Positions 40,395-52,040 of a stretch of DNA of 64,000 nt are shown here, piece by piece. Source of the DNA: Anolis carolinensis (taxonomy: Eukaryota). The stretch is taken from positions 242,707,971 through 242,771,970 of the forward strand of contig NC_085843.1 in the NCBI RefSeq assembly GCF_035594765.1, read 5' to 3'. Numbering within the stretch: the first letter of the stretch is position 1; each line of letters starts with the position of its first letter. The translations under genes were made by a program, and so were the position numbers. The notes beneath the pieces are model-generated. The model worked only from the letters and a program-made list of their open reading frames with translations. It had not been told where the DNA came from and made no database searches.

Positions 40395-41916
40395 CAGGCA
40401 TAGGCAAACTTCAGCCCTCCAGGTGTTTTGGACTTCAACTCCCATAATTCCTAACAGCCTATCTGCTGTTACGAATTGTGAGAGTTCGTTGGAGATAGCA
40501 ACGTTCTCAAACCTCTTCAATCTAATGTTTTACCTGTTTATAATGTGTCGGTTTATTTCCTAAAGTGTATGTCTCTTTGGTTTGCAGTTTTCTTAGCTCT
40601 ATGTACTTGAGGCAGTGGGAGGGGCTGCAGACCATGTAACTGGTTTAGTGACTTTAGAATGCAGTTTTAAATAGAATGACACTTGAGGTATGAGTCTGTT
40701 TTGAGTACAGAAGCCAGTGTAGGAAGTTATCAGTCAGTTGAGGCTCGAGTTCCTTGGAAGTAGACTGTTATAAAAGAGAGTTGTATAGCCAATATAGTTG
40801 TGAAGAGACTGATAAAGACTGTAAGTTAAAGAAACAAACTGAAACGTTTTAAAGTTTAACCTGACAAGAAATGTACCTGTATATTTAAATACATGAAGTT
40901 GTGAGTAAAACAAACATGTTATTTCAAAGAAGCCTATTTGAATCTTTGTCTGCTGAGAGCATGGAATAGAAAGAAGATATTTACGTGTCCAGTGATCATC
41001 CATTAACCAATAAACTTCACCCCACCTAGCAGATTGAAAACAGCAATATGAGTAGATAAATAGGAACTGCATTAAAGTATGGAGATATTTTAGGCAGAAA
41101 AAAGGAGGAAAAGTTTATGAACAAGTTCTACAGCAAGGAGATGGAGTGACTACACCTCTCTGTGGACGAAACCGAGCACAGCCTTCAAAGATGCTGAAAA
41201 GATGGAGAAAAGCCTATGTAATCTATCTATTTGTCTTGTCATTCTATAACCGGCATTGAATGTTTGCCGTATGTGTTCTATGATCCGCTCTGAGTCCTCT
41301 TTGGGGTGAGAAGGGTGAAATATAAATACTGTAAGTAAATAAATAAATAAAGGAACACTCTTGAAATTCTGCTACTCAATAAATTATGATCCTGACAGGT
41401 CATAATCCCCGATAGGTTGCGATCCTGACAGCTCATAATCCTCAATAGGTCGTCATCCTGGCAGGTCATAATCCCCAATAGGTCACGATTCTGACAGCTC
41501 ATAATCCCCAATAGGTCATCATCCTGGCAAGTCATAATCCCCAATAGGTCACGATCCTGACAGGTCATAATCCCCGATAGGTTGTGATCCTGACAGGTCA
41601 TAATCCCCAATAGATCGTCATCCTGACAGATCATAATCCCTGACAGGTCATAATCCTCAATAGGTCGCTATGCTGACAGGTCATAATCCCCAGTAGGTCG
41701 TGATGCTGACAGGTCATAATCCCCGATAGGTCATGATGCTGACAGGTTATAATCCCCGATAGGTCATGATCTTGACAGGTCATAATCCCCAATGGGTCGT
41801 GATCCTAACAGGTCATAATCCCCCAATAGGTCGTGATAATCCCCAATAGGTTGCGATCCTAACAGGTCATAACACCATAGTCCAATAGAGTTGAAGTCCA
41901 AGTTTGCCCATGCCTG
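40395..41916. mobile_element. hAT MITE split by a ~1.4-kb LTR-like insertion (40487-41887)
   Basis: Outer TIRs CAGGCATAGGCAAACTT / AAGTTTGCCCATGCCTG with 8-bp TSD ATATAACG/ATATAACA. Inner insert CGTTGGA...TCCAATA with 5-bp TSD GAGTT. Confidence 0.75.
41388..41873. repeat. 33-bp minisatellite, about 15 units
   Basis: Unit GATCCTGACAGGTCATAATCCCC(A/G)ATAGGTC(A/G)T. The 11-aa periodicity is visible in ORF 41278-41634. Confidence 0.95.
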
Positions 41917-41929
41917 ATATAACACCTCC

Positions 41930-42181
41930 TTTTTCTGTTTGGGGATTGGGTTCCGCCGGCCACTAGGGGAGTGTCACGAGCTGGGAGGACCAGATATTAA
42001 AGTCCATCAAAGAGGGGGCGGTACTTGCGTGCTTTCCTCTTCCGGTTCTCAAGAAAGCTGGATGTTGAAATTGAAAGCGAGCCGGACGAATCGGGGCGCG
42101 GCGTTTGTGTGCGCCTGCGCAGTGGGGTCGGCAGGTGGCGGGTTGGTGTTGTTCGGGGGAGAGCGGCGGCAAGATGGCGGC
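41930..42181 (+). promoter_or_regulatory. UBXN7 CpG-island promoter
   Basis: Inverted CCAAT ~41945, GC box 42014-42021, ETS CTTCCGG 42039-42045, NRF1-like TGCGCCTGCGCA 42110-42121, YY1 CAAGATGGCGGC spanning the ATG. Confidence 0.75.
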
Positions 42182-45100
42182 GCCCGGGGGCTCCGCTGCC
42201 GCCTCGGCGCTGAAGGGGTTACTCCAGCAATTCACCGCCATCACGGGTGAGCCGCGCGGAACCCCGGAACGGGCTGGGGAGGCCTTTGGATCGCGGGGGG
42301 CGGAAAGGAGAGAGGTGGGGAGGGTGCCCCCCCTCTCTCTCCCCCGCTCTCCCCCAAATGGGGCCTTGTGGAAGGAGCCGAGGCGCCGCCGGGCCTAGAG
42401 GTGTCTGTTGCGTAGGAGGAGCGGAAGGGAAATTCCTTTGAGGAAAGGCGGGTTTGTTGTGTGAGACAGGAAGACGATGGGCACTCAGACGCAACCCACA
42501 CAGGCAGGCCACAGGTCAGCGCAGTGGGACAGCCTCCCCTCAAGCGCTGCTCTGTGTTGGGGAGCATCGAGAATGGATGCAGTTTCACGCCACTTGACCG
42601 GACATGGCTCCATGCTATGGAATCATGGGAGTTGTAGTTTCACAAGGCCTTCAGGCTTGTCTGTCAAAAGAGTGCTGTGAATGAATACAATTTCACACCA
42701 CTTGAACTGACATGGCTCCATGCTATGGAATCATGGGAGTTGTAGTTTCACAAGGCTTTGAGGCTTGTCTGTCAAAGAGTGCTGTGAATGAATACAATTT
42801 CACACCACTTGAACTGACATGGCTCCATGCTATGGAATTATGGGAGTTGTAGTTTCACAAGGCCTTGAGGCTTCTCTGTCAAAGAGTGCGGTGAATGAAT
42901 ACAATTTCACACCCCTTGAACTGACATGGCTCCATGCTATGGAATCATGGGAGTTGTAGTTTCACAAGGCTTTGAGGCTTGTCTGTCAAAGAGTGCTGTG
43001 AATGAATACAATTTCAGACCACTTGAACTGACATGGCTCCATGCTATGGCGTCATGGGAGTTGTAGTTTCACAAGGCCTTTAGGCTTCTCTGTCAGAAAG
43101 TGCTGTAAATTACTGCAGTTTCACACCCCTTGAACTGACGTGGCTCTTGCCATGGCATTATGGGAGTTGTAGTTTTACAAGGCCTTTAGGCTTCTCTGTC
43201 AGAGAGTGCTGTAAATGAATGCAGTTTCACACCACTTGAACTGACATGGCTCCATGCTATGGCGTCGTGGGAGTTGTAGTTTCACAAAGCCCTTGGGCTT
43301 CTCTGACAGAGAGTGCTGTACATGAATGCCGTTTCATACCACTTGAAGTAACATACGTTTGTGTGGTTTTAATAGCTGATTTTAATGTATTAATATGCTA
43401 TAATCTTTTAACTTTCAATGATTTTAATATTTGTGTATATGTATCTATTCGTTGTTGTATGGCATTGAATATTGCCAACTTGGAAGCTGCTCTGAGTCCC
43501 CTTTGGGGTGAGAAGAGCAAAAAATATAGTAAATAAATAAATGGCTCAATTCTATGGAATCATGGGAGTTGTAGTTTCATGAGGCCTTTAGGCTTCTCTA
43601 TCAAAGAGTACCATAAATGAATGCAGCTTCACACCACTTGACCTGACATGGCTCAATGCTGTGACATTGTGGGTGTTGTAGTTTCACAAGGTCTTTAGTC
43701 TTCTCTGTCAGAGTGCTGTAAATGAATGCAGTTTCACACCACTTGATCTGACATGGCTCCATGCTATGGAATCATGGGAGTTATAGTTTCGCAAGGCCTT
43801 TAGGCTTCTCTGACAGAGAGTATTGTAACAGATGCAGTTTCACGCCACTTGACCGGACATGATGCCATGCTATGGCGTCATGGGAGTTGTAGTTTCATAA
43901 GGCCTTTAGGCTTCTCTGTCAGAGAGTGTCATAAATGAATGCAGTTGCACACCACTTGAACTGCCAAGACTCAATGCTATGGAATCATGGGAGTTGTACA
44001 TTAGTGAGGCACCAGCATTCTTTGGCAGAAGACAGCTAAAGACCTTGTGAAACTCCAACTCCCATGATTTCATAGCATAGAGCCTTGGCACTTCAACTGG
44101 TGACAAACTGCAAACAGATAAATTTAGTCATGTATGCACTCTCAAAGGGATGTAAGGGAACTTTCATGACACAATTCTTACACTTTTCTCTCTCTTTCAC
44201 TCCCTTTTGATGATGATGATGATTATATTTATTTATAACCCGCTTTATCTTCCCGAAGGAGACTCAAAGCAGCTTGAGTAAAACAGGATTAAATATAAAT
44301 AGTATTTTAAAATTCCCAGTTGAAAATCATTAAAACAAATTCTGTCTCGATGCTGAGACAGAGCTTTCCAAACATTTCATGTTAATGACACATGTTTAGA
44401 CATGCATCAATTCATGGTGCAGTAATTCAGTTTTTACTAGCAAACCAGAGGTTAAATCAACCCCTTATGGGAGATAACGGATACATACTTTAATTGTAAT
44501 AACGAAATGTACAGGGACACAACCTATCTCATGAAAACCTTTCATTTATATTTTTATGGTCTAAGAGACCTTTAACTTGGAATAGGTAAATATTGCAGGT
44601 GTATTGTTCTCCCAGCTTTCTTACTGCGTTTTTGTGTGATGCAAATTGAATGCTGAATTGGTCAGTTATTGCTGTATAAGGCCCCATCTACACTGACCAT
44701 TTAATGGAGTTTGAAGTTAGCTTCAAACTGCAGCAGCCAGACAGGAAATGCCCACAAAAAATTCCTAATGCACCTCAGTGTTCTGTGTCATTACCATTTG
44801 GGCCACCAACAGATTCCAGGTTTTCCTTTGTAATCATAGACACAGAGAAACCTTTTCCTTCAATACTGGTTTAAAACGTCATTAAATGACCCAGAAAAAT
44901 CTAAAAAAGCTCTCTAGCAGCTTTTTACCTAAAAGCCAATGAAATCAGATGTTTTTAAATTCCTCTCAGAACTGCCACAGTGCAGCACTGAGAGGAAATT
45001 ATCATTTGTAGAGAGTGAGGAATAATAATCTTATAGATGATGTGGACCACAGTTTGCAATAACTGTCATTAGTTATTCTGGCTGTGATTGATGGGATTGG

Positions 45101-47684
45101 AGTCCAACAATATCTGGAGGGTCACATGTTCCATATGTAAGTTTTACTACCTATATATACAGTGTTCCCTCACTTAACGCAGGGGTTAGGTTCCAGGACC
45201 ACCCACAATAAGTGAAAATCCGTGAAGCAGGGACACCATATTTATTTTAAAATTTATACATTATTTTAGTAGTTATACACTATTTTAAGTCTTTATCAAC
45301 TGATCGTGTGTTGATAAATCGCCTCCTTCTCCTCCTGTTGCCGCTTGGGCTCCTTTTCTCTCCCTTTGGCTTCTCATTCCTCTCTTCCTTAGGCTGTAAA
45401 TTGTAATTTTTTATGATTTATAATAGTCTTTTAGAGTTTATTGAAAAACCGCAAAACAGCGAATCCGCGAAAAGTGAACCACAAAGTAGTGAGGGAACAC
45501 TGTACTGCCCATGGTATGATATCCAAAACTAAAAAGATGTTAGTCTAAGTAGTCCCTCAGATACTTAGACACGAGGTGTTAGTCCTTGAAAATCTTAACA
45601 AGTGGACTTTGCAGTGCAACCAAAAATGCAATCAATACAATCATTCAGTATTGGTGTGATATGATCTGCTACCCCAAATAAGGATATTTGCAGATATATT
45701 ATGTATCAACTGGGGATCTTGAATAGTCCACTAAATCCTCCCATATAATATGAATTATAGTAGTCCAATTAGAATGTAATTGGCATGCATAAGAACCCAG
45801 GTTTGTTCCTTAGATGAAGTTGCAGCTGACACACCAAACCAAAGAAGGGTTACTGTGGGTTACTGTCACTGCCAGTCCAGAAGTGCACTCAGGCTAGAAA
45901 TGTAGTCCTGTCGGAGTGCATTTTCATCCAAGTTGAGTCCCTCTGTGCATATCAGAAAATATTCCCACATATAGTACTGCAGCCTTTTCTAGAATAAGAT
46001 ACACCAGAGGTGGAGATTGTTTGAGTTTTCTCATGCTTTTGAATCACATCCTCCACCGTCCTTTGGGGCTGCTGGGAATTACACTTTAATAAAAGGCCAA
46101 CTCCACAATTCCCAGTCCCAGACAACTTGGTCATCCTCATCCATTCCAGCCTATTCTAAAATTTCCTTCAAGTACCAAGTCAGAGATCCCAGTCTTTCTG
46201 TGGCTTTAGCGAATGGAAACAACAGTGGAGCTATACATTCTCTATATATTGATGATATGGGACCCCCACTCTCCACCTAGCTTACTAGCATTTTTCAGAA
46301 GGTGGAGGGCAAGATGGGACTTTACATTGCTCCAGAAGTTTATAAGATGAAGTAAAAGTCCTGTAACACTACTTTTTGATGCCAGTCAGAAATTGCAGCT
46401 ATTGTAACATGTGCTTCTCTAAACCCAACTCAGCTAAATGATATCATGAGTGATCGTATAAAATCTGAGACAACTAGGATTTAATTGCCCCTCTCCATTC
46501 TGTGTTGCAAGTTCCAAATACTAAGCCAAGCCTTTTCAAACAGGTATGCTTTTGAACAGGGTGAAGATGGAATTTGTATGAAACATGGCGTCATACGAAT
46601 AAAATATGTGTTGAAATGAATAAGCAGCTAAACAGATCTGGAAGAGGTTTGAAAATACTGTATATTTTTCGTTCAAGCAGATGTCAATAATACTAACACC
46701 TTATAGCAGTGATATTTCAGTGCTTAGGTTGTTTTTTAACTTCTAGATATTTCTAGTTTTGAATCTGTGAGAATGACTTCAGTTCTTTAATTAATTCAAA
46801 ACAACTAGTGTAAATATATGCAGCCACTCTCGCCGATTCAAAACTAGAAATATCTAGATTCAGGAAAAAAGTAACCTTGCATCTCCTTGCCAGGTTACTA
46901 ACTGGAGCTCTATATGGGGGGGAGAACCACTCCCATGTTACGGCAGCTCCACTCTCTGCCCATCCGCATCTGAGCTAAATACAAAGTGCTGGTTGTTACC
47001 TATAAAGCGCTAAATGGTTCAGGTCCAGGCTATTTGTCCAATCGCATCTCCCTATCCTTAAAGTGACTAGCTTGACCTTGAAGGAGCTGGGGGTGGCGAC
47101 GGTTAACAGGGAGCTCTGGCGTGATAAACAACAGTCTCCCTATATAGATCATCTTGCACTCTTTGGTCAGAGGAGGAGGCCTTCTCTTGGTCTCATCCCT
47201 GTCACAAGTGCAGTTGGTGGGAATGAGAGAGGGGGCCTTCTTCGTGATTGCTCCCCGCCTCTAGAACTCCCTCCCTAAAGAAATAAAAATGGCCCCCAGC
47301 CTCTTTTCATTCAAGAAACTTCTGAAAACACATCTATAGTATGTACCTTAGCGTACAGAAAGGAGGAGGACTAGCACTTTATGGCTAATATGGTCTACTT
47401 TGAATTACAGCAAATGCTTGGCATCTTCTGCAGTTTGTGTTTTAACTATTCAGGGTATACGCTTTTGTTCACACATGTTTTATTGGTATAATTATGTTTT
47501 CCTTATATTTGTATCTCTTATTATTTTTATCTGAATTCTCTTATTGCAATAAGTTGGTTAATGATCATTTCTTATCTTTTGATATTGTGTGATTTATTTA
47601 TGGCATTGAATGTTTGCCTTTTTATATGTATGTAAACTGCCATAAGTCCCTCTGGGGGGTGAGAGCATTCTAGAAATAAAGTAC

Positions 47685-47717
<33 letters not shown>

Positions 47718-50700
47718 TACTACTACTACTACTACTACTTGCAAATAGACATGCTTAAGATTGCATTCATAAAGTTTTCATTAGCAGTTTAACTTGGCAG
47801 TGTGAAATACACATTTAGAAATGCTGTTGTAGATTTTCAAAGCCGCATTTCCATGTTGTTTCTCTTCTGTACATCCAGTTTCCTCCTGTCTCAAAAAGAT
47901 ATGTTGATTTCTCTTTGGCTTCTCAAGGGTTCTCCATTGGAGGCAAGACTCAAATATGAGACAGTTGAAAGAGGCATAGTATTGTTTATATGTTGATAAT
48001 CTATTACACTCAATTGAGTCACCTAATTTTAATAGGGGTGTGCTATTTAATGCTTACTGCTGAATTAACTTAATCCAAGGGACAGAAATTGCAGTGTATT
48101 TACTTTATAAAATAAATATTAAATGAGTACTAAAATAATACTGTTTTTAAATCAAATTTTTAATTGGCTGTTCTTGTTATAATTCTAATTTTCTGATAGT
48201 CTCTATGTTAGGGGTATCAAAAATATTGCTGAGATTATGTTGAATGACAAAAGTACACTTGGTTGCATCACTAACCTCTCTTCCAGAGTCCAAAAGTACA
48301 TTTGGGGCAAAGAAATGCAACACAAAAACATTGTTGAATTGTAAATAATTTTTGGAATTTAAATTTTATACTGATAATTCCAAAATGATGGTTCGTAGAA
48401 ATGGGAGAAAAGGTGCATAAAGCCATTTTCATGTCTCTAATATTTTCTTTATAGGTAACCCCTGGCTATCTCATCCATATAAAGGGGCATTTTATTTAAG
48501 AGAGGGGCTATAGTTACTGATCCATTTCTTCTTGTTTTGAATGCATAAGACTGTAGAAGAACTGTTACTTCCCATTCCAGTTACTTCTGATTAATCTGTT
48601 TAGTAACTGTTTTTGATGTATAGGATCTCACCTGGTGTTATTACTTTCCGACACGATAAAAATTACTTTCAATAAACTGAAGGTTGACTTTACTTTGAGC
48701 TGTCTTTTAAAACTTTGTTTAAGAACTCATTCTCTTTTTCTTTGTGTCACAGGGGCCACCGAAAGCATAGGCAAGCATATGCTTGAAGCATGCAACAATA
48801 ATCTGGAAATGGCTGTCACTATGTTCCTGGATGGTGGAGGGATAGCTGAGGAACCCAGCACTAGTTCTGCAAGTGTATCAAACCTCCGGCCACATACAGA
48901 GTATGTGACTTCATAAAGAGCTGTATAATGAATATTAGCTTTGACAGATAATCAAGGGATTACTATAATAGTTCATAGTTATTCTCATTGAACTGATCTT
49001 ATAATGCCTTTCGGAGCTAGCTAGCTTCAAACTGTATTGAACAGACAACAAACTCACCTAGAAGCACACCTTAAAAGCTCTTAATGCTCACCAGGTCTCT
49101 CTGGTTTGTGTAATCACCATCCGGACCTCAAACTGGTTCCAGGATTTCCCATGTAATCATCTGCACAGCGAAACCACTTTCTTCAATACTGGTTTGAAAC
49201 TACATCAGAATTTCTTGAGCAACTTGCTTGTTGATTTAGTTAATTAAAGGGTATATCCTGGAATGGGAGGCAAAGACTTCAGCATCATGCAAACTATTCA
49301 CACAAATGCATATCTGAATTAAAATGATCACATTTAATCATCACCACCACCATTATTTAGCCAGATGTTGTGATATTGATAATAAAGGTGGTGGTAATGA
49401 TAAGTGTGATCATTTTAGTTCCCATAGGCATTTGCGTGAATAGTGTGGAAAAGACTAAAATATGACTAGCAGATTGTCTTCAGATCTCCTGGTGGTCTCC
49501 TGCTGTTTTACCGTGTTCGTATTGTAGCATGCCAAAAAGAAAACATAAGATATAAATAAATATGCTAGTTGGGTTTATATATTGTAGGCAGTACCCCAGT
49601 GCTGTTACTAGAGTGCTGGTATATGTTTGACATCGAAACCCTTATTTTGTCAAAGGGCCAGGATTTTTAATTCCTTATAATAACTAAATTGTAATATGAT
49701 ATACTGAATTCCTTAATGTATAAATGTATAAATATTATTGGAGTTCGGTTTGCTCATTTACATAGTGTATGATAACTTTGAACAGTTCTGCTATACTCAT
49801 ACTGTTGAGACACAGAGGCCTTAAAGAGCCACACACTATTTTAGTCCAACAAAAAGTATATTATAAAGCAACAAAAATACACTTAGAGACACTTAACTTC
49901 AGTGTCTCTAGCCAAAACTCAAGGGTTTGCCCAAACTGGGCTTCAAAAAGCAACAGGAAAATAATCCTGATTAAACAAAAAGATAAACTGGATTAAACGG
50001 AAAGAAAACCCAGAATACTCAGTTCAAAATAAACAGCAATCAAACAGTGCTATAAAAAAGAGTTCCACTAGATAGCGCTGTGCCCAAAGAGTTAGTTGCA
50101 AATAAGCGTTGCCAAAGCCAGTCCAGTCCCAGAGTCGCCGTAAAAGGAAGCCAAACGAAGCATCGTTTCTCAGGTAGTCAAACCGAGCCGTAGTAGAGGT
50201 AATCCAAGAATCCAGGAAGGGAGAGAGCTACACTCACGATAATCCAGTCCAAACGTCCACCAAGGTAGTCAAACAGAGCCGTAGTTGAAGCAATCCAAAG
50301 GTCCAGGAAGGGAGAAAGCCACACTCACTATAAACCAGTCCAGACGTCCAGGAATCCCAGGTAACAGAATTCCAGGCTGCAGAACCCAGACCCAAAATCC
50401 CAACACGAAAACAGGCAGCGACAAAACACATACGATACGTAACCGACACTTTGCCTTCTGCAAAGATTTCCCATTTCAGAGCCTACTTTTAACTTACACA
50501 TCATTATCCGATGATGAGCTGGCCTCCACCCCATCATCATCTCCAGCAGCTGTCCTTGTTTCCACACCCAAACCCCTGTTTCCATCTCTCCAGTTCCTCC
50601 ATCTTCTGTCAAGACTTAGGTTTCCCCATGATTCGGATGTACCACCCGTTTGCCAATCCTCACGTCCTGCAGACCCCACACGCGTGCTGCCAGCAGTTGG

Positions 50701-51883
50701 TTCTTCACATATGTTCCCAATCTCTTGTACCCTAGTCCAATCCACTGCATTCTCCCCATTCTCGTCACTCCCAGACCCATCATCCCCAGAGAAACCCATA
50801 AACGATTCATCATCTGTGGGAGCAGTAAATATATCCCGGAGTTTCTTCCTCTCCCGTTCTTCATCTGATTCCTGCTCCCGAGTAACCCTTTTTGTGTCTC
50901 TATTCCCATCCCCCACATTTCCTTCCACGTCCATCAACTCCCCGCCACTTGAAAACCCTTCAAAAATCCGTAGGCGCCATAAGTATATCCTGAATCCGTT
51001 CCCTTTGCTGTTCTTCGTCTGACAGCTGCTCACGATTACCCCTTGTTCTCCTACTGGTATTGCTACTACTGCTTGCAACATTACTTGCTGACTCAACTAC
51101 AACACATACTTAGTGAATAGCTATGAAGAGTGCAATTTCAGGAATAAAGTTGTGCTATCAGTCTTTTTTACTAACTTTAATTTGCTTTTTTTATGGAATG
51201 TCATTTATCTGTGCTACACAAAGTCCTATTTTGCTATGTACCTAAAATGTGTTCATTCAAGCAGTGGAATTAAAGTATTGTACCATATTATTAGTGTTTG
51301 AAACTACAGTGCATTATAGATTTTGCAGGCACAAAATATACATTTTGACTAGATGGATATAGTTTTTTCTTTCTTCGAAATGCATTGTATTACTTACTGT
51401 CACGGTCAAACTCATGTGCTTTTTATCTTTACAGAGATGAAGTAAGAGCACCTATTCCTCAAAAGCAGGAAATTCTGGTAGAACCTGAGCCATTATTTGG
51501 AGGTAAGTAAACTACATTGTTCTTCCCTTCCCTGGTGGTAACTAGGAATGAGCTTTGACAGATTTCCTCCAGGTCTCTCTTGCTCTTCTGAGTCGTTGTA
51601 GCATGTGGCCTTCCGCTATTGAAGTATTTATACTACTTTCATTCCCCAGTAGTGTAAATTATGCATAAAATACAGCCTTTTATGCTTAATTGGCTGTCTA
51701 GAGAATATGTTATTTCATATATTCTGAGTTATGATGCTGCTTCCGTTTCCATTTTTTTAAAAATGAAGTGAGAATGTACTAACCATAAAGCCAATTCCTG
51801 TATAATATAATATATAATACTCTGTGACACATAAATACTTACAGTATTGTAATGAGCTACCAGGAGAGGCATGTAAAAATACA

Positions 51884-51925
<42 letters not shown>

Positions 51926-51992
51926 TTGTAATAGTTATGGAATTTGTTCTGTTAAACATGTTAATATTGTGAGTATTTTGAAACTACGGTTT

Positions 51993-52040
<48 letters not shown>

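Noticed and set aside
41278-41634. 118-aa ORF with repeated GIMTCQD units
   Set aside because: Translation of the 33-bp minisatellite, whose unit is a multiple of 3; no splice or promoter support.
41388-44113. CRISPR-like appearance of the regular repeats
   Set aside because: Head-to-tail tandem units without unique spacers, in vertebrate DNA with no cas genes.
50285-51022. 245-aa plus-strand ORF in the solo LTR
   Set aside because: TTG start, Ser/Pro-rich mirror of the purine-rich minus-strand ORF, and no recognisable motif.
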